In this document: positions 22,117 to 32,628 of the stretch, piece by piece | How the letters are laid out: each line of letters begins with the position of its first letter | Numbering within the stretch: the stretch's first letter is position 1 | Source of the DNA: Stramenopiles sp. TOSAG23-2 | Taxonomy: Eukaryota | Length of the DNA stretch: 52,020 bases | Reading direction: 5' to 3' | NCBI GenBank assembly: GCA_900128395.1 | Contig: LT649265.1 | Span: 1-52,020 of the forward strand | Notes under the pieces: generated by a model | What the model was told of the DNA's origin: nothing | Seen by the model: the letters and a program-made list of their open reading frames with translations, nothing else | Databases searched by the model: none | Position numbers and translations under genes: made by a program

Positions 22117-23262
22117 TTTTCTTACCTGGTACAGATGATTCTCTTAATAAAATATATTAACGATATATTACGATAAAATGTTTGTAATATATGTGATAGA
22201 TAGAATGAACGAAATATAGAAATTTCGAAATATAATTTTCTTGATATAAATATAGATATGATATGAATGACGATGTAATGAAAATATTTTCTTCAATATT
22301 TTCTTCTCCACTTCTATTCTATATATTTTTACATCTCTTTGTACACATGATGTAATCATACATATATGTGTAAAATCGTTACTTATCCAAACATCCATAC
22401 GTGTTTAAAACCATTTTAATCCGTGATTTTAGTTACAATTGCTCTCCTGTGCTGTGTGTATATTAAAACATGAGTATTGATATATAGAAATAGCATTAGG
22501 AGTTGCAAAATATATTAACACAGTTAGGGTTAGAATTATAGTGTGATTTAACAACCAAGCCACTTATAAAAACAGTTTTTTTTACGTATGGTTAGAAGTG
22601 CATTTATCTTTTACAGGTTAATAGTAGAGAAATTATTTCACAGGATTTGCCCCTACTTTTTATAGATATCGATCTTTCATTCTTGCTCTCCTCGTTTTGA
22701 GGCTCCTATCAACTCTTGTTTTTCCTCTTAATTTCTACTATGGCGATATAGTCCACATATCAACCTCTACTGTTTTTTAACTATGAAAATAAGAATACAT
22801 TTTTCGAATATAAAATAAATGCATTAATCGTAGTGTTGATTTAGGAGGATACAAGTACAAGTACAAAATATCGAGCTCCCATGGGCTAATAAAAATAAGG
22901 TATAATACACAAATACCAATAACAACCAAGAAAAGAAGCGGTTGTTAATTTTATTTTATTATTTGTTTTTTTGCAAAAACATTTTAAATTAATTCTATTA
23001 ATACACATTTTTGATGTAGAAATATTCAAATACAGTATAATTATATACATTAACAACATTAACAAACACAAAAACCTTCTAACCTACCAAACAAATTATA
23101 CGTCACTTCGCTCCTTGCTGCATTTTAAAAGGAGAGAAGCAAGACGTAGAAGACGACACAACATTAGTGTGAAGGGACCAAGTACAAACAAATCACCAAT
23201 CATCCATTCCCAAACAAACAAATCAAACAAATCATCCATTCCCAAACTACAAACAAACAACG

Positions 23263-24120
23263 ATGAATCGACCACGTGTACAAGCAAATGTACATACTAC
23301 AAACCGAGATGCGGTATCTGGATTTATTGATGAAACCGTCAAAGGTCCAACTGGCGTCAATGCAACGTTAAATACTGTACCACGCGTGTTATCACCAATG
23401 AAAGTGAAAAAAATCCAAGGTTATTCTTTTTTTAAACAAAAGAGAATGGATACGTTGATTCAATTATTTCATGAACAGCGTATTAAAGAAGCAAAATATG
23501 CAAAAAAGAAAATGTTGAAAAAGAGAAAGAAAAAGAAACAAGAAGCGGAGGGAACAATGGCAACGGCGGCGACGGCGAAAGAGGAAGAAAAAATAGTAGC
23601 AGAGAAAGAAGAAAAAAAAACAATTGAAGTAACATTAGATTTCGACAATGCAAAGCGAGAATTACAAGTTGAGGAAGATACTATTGATGCCATTGAGCTG
23701 GGTTTACTTCCATGGTGTGATTGTTTAAAAATGATCAAATATGTGAAAGATATGACTGAGAAAATGTCAGATGAAGAAGACGAAAAAAGAAAAAAAGGTT
23801 TGATTGATCCAAGAATATCTAAAATTATGGTTGAAATGAACGTGTTAGCAAATGATAAATTGTATTGGAATGCATTAATAAAAAATGGTGTACATAAAGA
23901 AGCGAAAAAACGTGCGTTGGAAAAAGAAATTAGAGATCATAAACAAAACAATAAACAATCAAAGGACGGAGAGGACATGATGGAATGGAAAAGTTTCACG
24001 GAAGACGATATCGATATGCTTATCTCTACACGGAAAGTGTCACCTGGTATTGATAGTAAAACCTTTATTGAAATTGTCATGTTTAATAAAATCGGTTGGT
24101 ATGGCAAAGTGACGGCATAA
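23263..24120 (+). CDS. Hypothetical charged protein, possibly with degenerate EF-hand-like C-terminus
   Basis: 285-aa ORF with coding-like composition; FTEDDIDMLI..GIDSKTFIEIV resembles an EF-hand pair end. Confidence 0.65.
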   Translation: MNRPRVQANVHTTNRDAVSGFIDETVKGPTGVNATLNTVPRVLSPMKVKKIQGYSFFKQKRMDTLIQLFHEQRIKEAKYAKKKMLKKRKKKKQEAEGTMATAATAKEEEKIVAEKEEKKTIEVTLDFDNAKRELQVEEDTIDAIELGLLPWCDCLKMIKYVKDMTEKMSDEEDEKRKKGLIDPRISKIMVEMNVLANDKLYWNALIKNGVHKEAKKRALEKEIRDHKQNNKQSKDGEDMMEWKSFTEDDIDMLISTRKVSPGIDSKTFIEIVMFNKIGWYGKVTA

Positions 24121-24476
24121 AATTATATTACGGAATTATTATTACTATGTATTGTCATACTAATTAGTATATTTTCAAATAATACTCCTATATACGAATC
24201 TACGAACACGATTAAGCTTCGATTAAGGTTTTATGCATTTTTCATCACATCAGCTGAATATCATGTGAAAAATATTAATATATCTGTTACGCCGGAAAGA
24301 CCACCACGAGTAATTTTATAGTACCTGGTATAGCGCAATAGCAATATAAAAGTACACATGTCCATTCGATATCTATATACAAAATAATAGATTTAGAGAG
24401 AGAGAGAGAGAGATACATCTACATGTAGAAGAAACAAGAAACAAACATAATAACAACCAATACCAACAACAACAAC

Positions 24477-25181
24477 ATGTCCATTGTACCAGAGCAACGA
24501 TCGAGGAAATTCGATACTACCGCACCAATTGTGCCTGGTAAATATTTACTTGGTGCTGAATTAAAAATATCAGATTTTAATCAATCATCGGCGGAATCAC
24601 AAAAAAAGCAAGATGTGAAGAAAATTCCATATGAATTTTTATCTGGTATGGTGAAAAAAGCAAATTTAGAAATGGCAAAAAAACGACATAAAACGGTTAA
24701 ACGTCTTAAACCAAAAGCGAAGAAATGGGCGGAGAAGGAAGGTTTGGTATGGAATTTGTTGCCGTTGCATTGAGTGAGGATTACTCCAAAGAACAAAACT
24801 AGTAGTGTGCAAACACATGGTGATTTGAAAGTTACTGCTGTTGCAGATGAATATCGCTCGGATTTACAGTCCCTAGAGAAAGAAAAAGAGTTAATACGAC
24901 ATAAACAACGTGAAAACACTAGGAAAAAATTAGAAAAACGAAGAACAAATAGTTACTTAATGAAAAAACATTTAAACGGTAAAAATAAAACAATTGCACC
25001 GATTCCAACAACCCGTGATAAAAAATTAACACAAAGCAAGAAGAAAGACGAAGAGGAAGAACCTGTTTCCATCTTACCCGCAAAGGAATTGGTTCAAAAT
25101 AAAGTAGGTGACGTTGGCGACGATGGGAAGGAAACCTTGAATGCGAAGCAGTTACCACCTCATATGGATTTTCAAATATAA
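24477..25181 (+). CDS. Hypothetical Lys-rich protein interrupted by one in-frame TGA (24771-24773)
   Basis: ORFs 24477-24773 and 24774-25181 abut in the same frame with similar composition. Confidence 0.55.
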
Positions 25182-25544
25182 AAGGTGCTGTGTGATATGT
25201 GATATGGTGAAACATACTACCACCGGTGGTACATCATACATGCTTAGGATTGGTATATCGTTTGCCTAGCTTGATACTATAAAAAAATAATAAAAATCCC
25301 ATAATATTCACCACGGAAAACCGTACTAATACTAATTCTAAACCGTGAGGTAGTAGATTTACTATAGAGTTTACTAGAGCTCATATTAAAATAGATATCA
25401 TGCACATGACAGAGAAAAATCGAAAACCATTTGGGGACACAAATAACCAGGTGGTGATGTATACTCTCAATTCCTTCAAGTTTTTCAGGAAATGGAAGCA
25501 TTTCTAAAAATCTAAAAAGAAAAAGCATCCTGTGCAATAGCAAC

Positions 25545-25632
25545 TACTTAGCACGGGAAGTGTAAAATTATTATAACTTTTAAATTTTAAACCCATCATC
25601 ATTTTTAAACTTATATTTTAACCCATCATTTT
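25545..25632. repeat. Dispersed 3'-flank element, copy 2 (core partly duplicated)
   Basis: cacgggaagtgtaaaatta followed by tataacttttaaattttaaacccatcat, and a second aacttatattttaacccatcatt. Confidence 0.75.
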
Positions 25633-25639
25633 CATTTGT

Positions 25640-26428
25640 TTAATGTAAAAACTTTCTAATAAATATTTTCTCAATTAAATCTTCACTACTAAATTGTTCA
25701 AATACATGGCTATCACGACATTCATACATATCTATTAATCCTGCTTGTTGTGTTGATGTAGAACAATCTTGTATTTTTGATATTTGTCTTTTTGGTGTAA
25801 ATGGATCATCTTCAGCATGAATACATATTATATTATTATTATTATGTTGCTGATTGTTATTATTATTATTGTTCATAACATTTTTATTTCTTTTTGATAA
25901 CATTGGAAATTTTAATTTTGCAATATTTGCCATGATTTCAATCGTTGGTGCTAAAATCATTGTTTTCCCACTCCAAATATCTTGACATAAACACCACCAT
26001 ACTATTGCACCACCCCAACTAAATCCAATAACAATATCATAATGATCATTCTTTAAAGCTTTTTTTATTACATTGCATGAATGATTAATACTATACTTTA
26101 AAAATTTTGGAACAAATACTTTTCGAATAAATAAATAATCTACGAGACATAAAGCTATTACTAAAAGAATTTTTACGATAGCATCTTGTTGTGTAGAAGT
26201 AATAATGCTTATACCATATGGTATCATACCAACACATATAAATATAAATAAAAGATATGGATTCAACCAACATATTATACCAATTGGTGGTGTAGGAATT
26301 TGTGAAGTAATATCATGAAAATCTACATCCAAATGAAAACGATTTTGTAGAAATGTTAATGGACCAGGACTCCATCCACCAATTACCAATGCTTTTAATT
26401 TGTTGTTGTTATTATTATTATTATCCAT
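25640..26428 (-). CDS. Membrane-anchored alpha/beta-hydrolase
   Basis: Nucleophile elbow IVIGFSWGGA, IHAEDDP acid, DSH His; two TM helices near the N-terminus; likely start MDNNNN at 26428. Confidence 0.8.
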   Translation of the reverse strand: MDNNNNNNNKLKALVIGGWSPGPLTFLQNRFHLDVDFHDITSQIPTPPIGIICWLNPYLLFIFICVGMIPYGISIITSTQQDAIVKILLVIALCLVDYLFIRKVFVPKFLKYSINHSCNVIKKALKNDHYDIVIGFSWGGAIVWWCLCQDIWSGKTMILAPTIEIMANIAKLKFPMLSKRNKNVMNNNNNNNQQHNNNNIICIHAEDDPFTPKRQISKIQDCSTSTQQAGLIDMYECRDSHVFEQFSSEDLIEKIFIRKFLH

Positions 26429-26482
26429 TTTGTGAAGTGGGGAAGGAGTTAGGAGAGTGAATGTGCAATGTGGAGATGAAAC

Positions 26483-26620
26483 GTATTGATAATATCCTAT
26501 AGACACACACACACTTTCTTTTTTTCAAATTTGCATGATTTTTATCAAGTATTGATAATACCCGATACACACACACACACACACACCTTTCTTTTTTCAA
26601 ATTTGCGTAATTTTTTTCAT
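26483..26620. repeat. Tandem duplication of a ~66-72 bp unit containing a (CA)n tract
   Basis: gtattgataata..(ca)n..ctttcttttttcaaatttgc..attttt starting at 26483 and 26549. Confidence 0.85.
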
Positions 26621-27138
26621 TTTGTGTTTTTCGTGTATCTTTTTGCTCCTCAGAAAAAACAAAACAATTTTTGTTGGACTGTGTTATTGTGTTAAGGTAA
26701 TATATACCTCATCGTATTTGTCTTACTCTATGGAAGATGTCGTATTTTTTCCTATCATCTTCCAAAATGGAATAATTTCATAATTTCCATATTTTCATAT
26801 TTTTTATAAAATCATTTTTATTATGATTAACAGAGAGGAGCGGTGATTACCATTCTCCTCGTATTAGTATATCTATCGAATAATATCTAACTATCTAATT
26901 TTTATTTTTAAGGTATTTACAGTTGTATATTTTATGATACTAGTTTTTAAGTACAGTAGTAGGAACATTAAATTTCACAATTTTCACTACCATAGAAAAT
27001 AATACACAAAAAACTAATAAGAATTACTAATAGAATGTTCACCAGAGGAAAGAGATATCAATACTTTCAACACAATCAACAACAATAAGACATATAATAT
27101 AAACAATTACACAATTACACAACACACACAACGACAAA

Positions 27139-28338
27139 ATGGCATCTCTAGCAGTAGCGGCGGAACTATCAGGCTTGTCCAAAACATTAGTGGAAAATGC
27201 TATGCAAGGGGATACGAAGGAACCATATTCATTATCCAATTATAACGAAGAACGTATTAATAAATTAGTAGAGGATGTATTTTCAAAGAAATTAAAAGTA
27301 CCAGCTCAACCTGGTATGGTTCGTTTTACATTCATTATTGGTGGTGGTAAAAAAGTACGAGAAAAATACGATCCAGCATGTCAAAAAAATTTAACTGCTG
27401 CATTACGAAAATATAATTTTGAAGATGATCAAGGTGCAGCATTATTACCGGAATGTGCAGGAAAATATAAAACACAACACGATACAAATCTGAATTTAAA
27501 ATACGTACATGTATATCCATTTGTTGAAGCAGAACAAGAAGAGAATGATAATAATAACAACAATGGTGAAGACACCATGACAAAGCAATTTATATGCATG
27601 GTTGCTGAAAGGCCGACATTTGAACGAATGGTATTATCTGAAGTGAAATGTTGGAAACAAAAAAAAGAATTATTACAACATTTAAAAGAATATGTGAAAA
27701 GAGGCAATGATATTACAAATAAAATGATTAATATGGAAGAATTGAATGCAACGGAGCAAAATTTTTTCGATGTATTTGATAGTGACAATGTGAAAGATAA
27801 AATATTATGGTTACAAAATGAAATGAAAAAACATGTTAGTTCAGGCACGTTAACGGAAGAGGAGAAAAAATTTATGTTGAATCAAGCAAATAATAAATTA
27901 AAATTATTAAATGAGAAATTACAAGATGAAACTATAACAACAACAAAAAATGAAAAGAAAATCAAAGCACAAATGGAACAAATTGAAAAACGTATTGAAA
28001 ATTTAAATACTGTAAAAGGTATTCATATTCCATTTCGCAATGAAGCAGCATTTTGTGAACTAGTTGGTTTATTACAACCACATTTATTACGTAAAGATGC
28101 GGGTAAACCTATTAAAGCAAATGAACAAGCTGAAATGGATGATTTAAGAGCAAGAATGGATCAAAAAATTGAAGATGCTAGGTTATGGTTTGAAAGTGAT
28201 GAAGATCTACAAGTACGTGTTGAAAAAGTGGAAACTGCATATTTAAAAAAAAAACGAATGAAAAAAAGTAGTTCACAAAAAAATAAAAATAATAATGATG
28301 GTTGGTCAACAGTTGGTAAGAGTAAAAAGAAGCGTTGA
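27139..28338 (+). CDS. Hypothetical protein with globular N-terminal domain and coiled-coil C-terminus
   Basis: 399-aa ORF; VRFTFIIGGGKKVREKYD and GKYKTQHDTNLNLKYVHVYP look like conserved blocks; ends DGWSTVGKSKKKR. Confidence 0.8.
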   Translation: MASLAVAAELSGLSKTLVENAMQGDTKEPYSLSNYNEERINKLVEDVFSKKLKVPAQPGMVRFTFIIGGGKKVREKYDPACQKNLTAALRKYNFEDDQGAALLPECAGKYKTQHDTNLNLKYVHVYPFVEAEQEENDNNNNNGEDTMTKQFICMVAERPTFERMVLSEVKCWKQKKELLQHLKEYVKRGNDITNKMINMEELNATEQNFFDVFDSDNVKDKILWLQNEMKKHVSSGTLTEEEKKFMLNQANNKLKLLNEKLQDETITTTKNEKKIKAQMEQIEKRIENLNTVKGIHIPFRNEAAFCELVGLLQPHLLRKDAGKPIKANEQAEMDDLRARMDQKIEDARLWFESDEDLQVRVEKVETAYLKKKRMKKSSSQKNKNNNDGWSTVGKSKKKR

Positions 28339-29024
28339 AAACAAAAATAAAATTTATTAATATTTTATATAACATAAATTTTTCCAAAAAAACAGAGTGG
28401 CCGCTCTGAAAAACGATGTTTTTTTTATTTTTTGGGAATTCCTCCCATTTAATTAAAGATAGTTGCAATTTCTCCTTATCGTCATAATTTGATATTATTA
28501 CAAACTATCATATAATTTATATCCAAACGATATCCCGGAAATATCATTTTTTAATTTAATTTATTCTTCAATAATTTCTTTTTAATAATTCTTTTATAAT
28601 ATTCTTTTATTCAATTTAATTTTTCTATATAAATAATACCGTATAATTCTTAATTCATTTTAATTTTATAATTAATATATATCCTTTTTTTAATTTAATT
28701 CTTTTTAATTTAATTTTTCTTTATATTAGTTTTATTTTTATAATTAATTAATTTGACACTTTTCCACCTTGCCCTAATGAAGTTTTAGAAGATTTTGTAG
28801 ATATACTTGAATATTTGGGATGGAAAAGAACCACGGATGAAAATTCCTCGGAAGTTCTATGTGTCGTTGAAACAACCACTTACAACAAATTAGCAAAACG
28901 TTGGATTTTTTATTGATTTTAATTTTATTAATTGAAAATAATTAATCCTTTGTGATAGAAAGAAAGAATAGAATTTTACAACATATATTATCATATTTCG
29001 TATACGAGAAAACAAAAAACAAAG

Positions 29025-29934
29025 ATGGATGCAACAGCACCGCCACCTAATTCAATGAAACCAAATGGAGGGGCACGCCCACCACCAAGACGTGGAGGTT
29101 TGTTGAACCGCGTGAAAAATAGGAGCAATAATCGTGTATCTTTACCACATGCTAGAACGACAAATAGACGAAGAGTTAGTAGTAGCAATAATAATAACGT
29201 CAATAATGATAATTATAGCAGAGCATCATTACTTTATGCATCATCCTCTACATCATCTGTTGCATCGACTAGTAACAACAAAAATAGTAAATTACATAAG
29301 CTTGCAAGTGATTATGAATCTATTTTGAAAAAAGTTTGGGATCCTGTGCCTGGAATTCGACTTGTTGTTGACGGAGATGCAGTCATAAAAGAACTTAAAA
29401 AATTACAAGATGAAGAATTTGGTAATAATAATAACAACGAAATGTTTTGGGACAATTCAAATAATAAAAAAAACTTTCCTGTTTTATGCAATTATTTAAC
29501 AGTTTGGAGAAAACGTCGTAAAAGTACAGGAATGGGAAAGTCACAAAGTAGTACTACTATTAATAAAAAGATGAAAAAGAGTGATATTATTGATAAAAGT
29601 AAAACAATAAACGTTACTGAAAATATGAAAGATGATAATAGTAGTAGTACTAGTAATAATAATAATAATAATAATAGTGATAATACAAATGATAGAATTC
29701 CAGAAGAAACGAATTTTTCTATGAAAACTATCACACATGAAGGTGGAAAAAATTCAATATTAAAAGGTGAAACAAGTCAAGAATATCAAGAACGTAAAAA
29801 TGAAAACCAGCTAGCGAAAAGAAATATAGTTGAAGGGGAGGCAAATAGTAATTCAAGCAAGAATAATAACAAGAAAGTTGAAAAGAAAGTGGAGGAGGAG
29901 GAACAACAACAACAAAGTGTCAAAAATACTTCAG

Positions 29935-29967
<33 letters not shown>

Positions 29968-32309
29968 CGGAAGAGGATGATGAGATCATACAAAGTACGA
30001 CACGTAATATCAATGGCCAGGTTGTTGAGTTAGCTATTCTTGATGCTGATCCAAATATTGGTGTTCGAGCACGTTTAAATGGGTATAAAGATAAAATTAT
30101 GCTTGTAAAAGAAGATGACATGCTTGGTATTTTATTAAATAATGGTATTAGTGAAAATGATTTAGGTTCAATGGATTTAATTGATATAATTGAGAAATTA
30201 TTATCATTTGTCAATGTAAAATTAACAAAAGAAAACATTGAGCTTGGATTTGATAGTGACGATAACAATAATAATATTAATAATAAAAATCAAGCAACAT
30301 CAACGGAAGAGGAAAAAGTCAATGATATCATACAAATTCCAGAAATAAGCACGTTAACATTTGAAAATATTGAAACTGGGCATGTAAAATCAATTGAAGA
30401 AATATTAATATTTAATAATGATACTTGCCTTGTTAGTTGTTCAATGGATAAATCAGCACATTTATGGACATATAGTACAAGTAATACTAATTTTGCAATT
30501 CAATCGAAAAAAGTATTGTTTGGACATAATGATGTTGTAACTTGCGTATCAACATGTGGAAGTTGGATTTGTACTGGTTCACGTGATAAAACTGTTCGTA
30601 TATGGAATATGGAGGTAGATAATGCAGATGCAATAGTAGTGAATGCACATGATGATGTAGTAAGAGATGTAGAGATATTTACATATAATAATAATATGCA
30701 TATTGTTTCCGCGTCTCGAGATAAAACGATAAAAGTATGGAATTTTGATGGCAATAAGAATGAATGCGTGTTAGGCAAGACGTGGAAAGGTCATACAAAG
30801 CCCGTAGTAGCGCTTAGTAATTTTGTAACGGAACATGCATGTATAGTTTCATCATCAAACGATAAAACATTGCGTATATGGGATATGAATAAGGAAAATG
30901 AATCCATTGTGTTGAAAGGGCATGAAAAAGCTATTTCATGTGTCAAAGTTACAAAATTAGTCGTCTCTACTAATACAAGCGGTACAGATGAATGGGTAGT
31001 AGTATCTGGTTCGAGTGATAAATCCGTACGTATATGGTCATTGAAAGATGGCTTATGTTTACATGTAATTCAACCATTCAAAAAAGCTGTCATTCAGCTT
31101 TCCATTTTAAAAAATGATAGTATCAATAAGAATGCGTGTTTAGCGCTAACAAGTGATGGAAAAATTAATTTAATAGATTTAGCATCAGCTAAAGTTGTTA
31201 TTGATGATTTCATTATAAAAGAAAATAAATTAGTATTGAATGGTGCTACTATACGTTCTGTAACATCTTCCAACGGTGCGAATGATGGTTCCAATAGTTG
31301 CTTCTTTGGTTTACGAGATGGTAAAATTGCTGTTGCATCTGTTAAAATGGGAAATGATGTCCGTGATAGTAATAGCAACAATAGTAATGGTAATAGTAGA
31401 AGTAGTATTATTAGTAACGATAAAACCGATTATGTAACATGGGACCAAGCTGTTGTTGCAAAAGCAAAGGAAAATATAGATGCAAGTACTATTCCAAAAT
31501 CAAATGATGGTGGAACATATGTTAATATTACAGAAAATATGTTAGGAAATCTAAAGCAAGCTCCAGTAATGATGTACAACAGCAAAAAAAAAACATGGAA
31601 TGATGCTATAATATGGCGAGAAAATATCAATGGATCATTTGATCTGTATTTGATATCATCGAATGATCGAAAAGTTGATGTTGGTCCTTCCAAATTGTTG
31701 ATTTCATCGAAATATGTTGATGATAATCAATTGATGCAAAAGTCATCGTCGAATGTTTTAAAAAGTAATCATCATCTAGAACTCAAAATTGATTTAAAGG
31801 TTTTGTCACGATATCAATGTGGATGGGAATATTACGGTGCAACAATAAAGGGAATTGATAATGGCACCGTAAAACTATTATATGATGATGGTGAAGAGGA
31901 GACCATTAATCGTTTGTATTTAAAAGCATACGATACACTTTATCATACGAATGATTTAGTAGAAGTTAAATATAAAGGTAAGAAAAAATGGTATCGTGGC
32001 ACTGTTCAAGAAGAGGCCAATAATGGGCGTTATACTGTTAAATATAATTTGGATGGTGAGATAGAAACAAATGTAAAGCGTAAATCTCTTTGGTATGTTG
32101 ATTTAAATGTGGAGAGAAAGGAAAAAGAAGTTAGTTATAATGTTGGCGATGCAGTTCTTTGTAGACACAATCGTGGTGCACGTTTCTTTGGTGGTAAAAT
32201 TGAACATATATATCATTCTGATGGTGTAGAGAAGAAGTTTGATGTTTTATATGATGATGGGGATACTGAAAAGGAGGTAGAGAGATGGTTGATAAAAAAG
32301 AAGAATTGA
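29025..32309 (+). CDS. WD40-repeat protein with C-terminal Tudor/Agenet-like repeats and Asn-rich N-terminus
   Basis: Canonical repeats such as GHNDVVTCV..TGSRDKTVRIWN; three or four modules such as YNVGDAVLCRHNRGARFFGGKIEHI..FDVLYDDGDTE. Confidence 0.88.
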
Positions 32310-32461
32310 GAGAGAGAGGAAAAGAGAGACGGGGGGGGTAAAGTCCTCTCTTTTTGGATCTTTTAGAAACTACGAAGTACGAACTTATGTATCATACGTG
32401 TATCAGCACAGTTTTATATTGTGTTATATATATACATGTATGCATGTATATATATTTATTT

Positions 32462-32542
32462 TACTTTAACACGAGAAGTGTAAAATTACGTATGATATGC
32501 ATATAACTTAGATTTTAACCATCATTATTTATTTTACCCATT
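32462..32542. repeat. Dispersed 3'-flank element, copy 3
   Basis: cacgagaagtgtaaaatta..tataacttagattttaaccatcattattt. Confidence 0.75.
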
Positions 32543-32628
32543 GTACTTCTATCATATCACACACACCCTTTTTACACTCTGGAGAGATACATTTTTAATT
32601 TTTATACTTTCGTATATTGTATTTTTTT

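Noticed and set aside
22119-22135. U1 snRNA-like CTTACCTGG
   Set aside because: Only the 9-mer matches; no U1 stem-loops or Sm site follow.
22971-23330. 119-aa ORF overlapping the start of 23263-24120
   Set aside because: TTG start and CAAA-rich composition typical of a 5' UTR.
25217-25230. Palindrome taccaccggtggta (and cagagtggccgctctg at 28392-28407) as Helitron 3' ends or terminators
   Set aside because: No CTRR terminus at the expected distance; bacterial-type terminators do not apply; isolated short palindromes can arise by chance.
25182-25640. SECIS element supporting Sec at TGA 24771
   Set aside because: No AUGA..AA..GA stem-loop was apparent by eye, and the codon context is not redox-motif-like.
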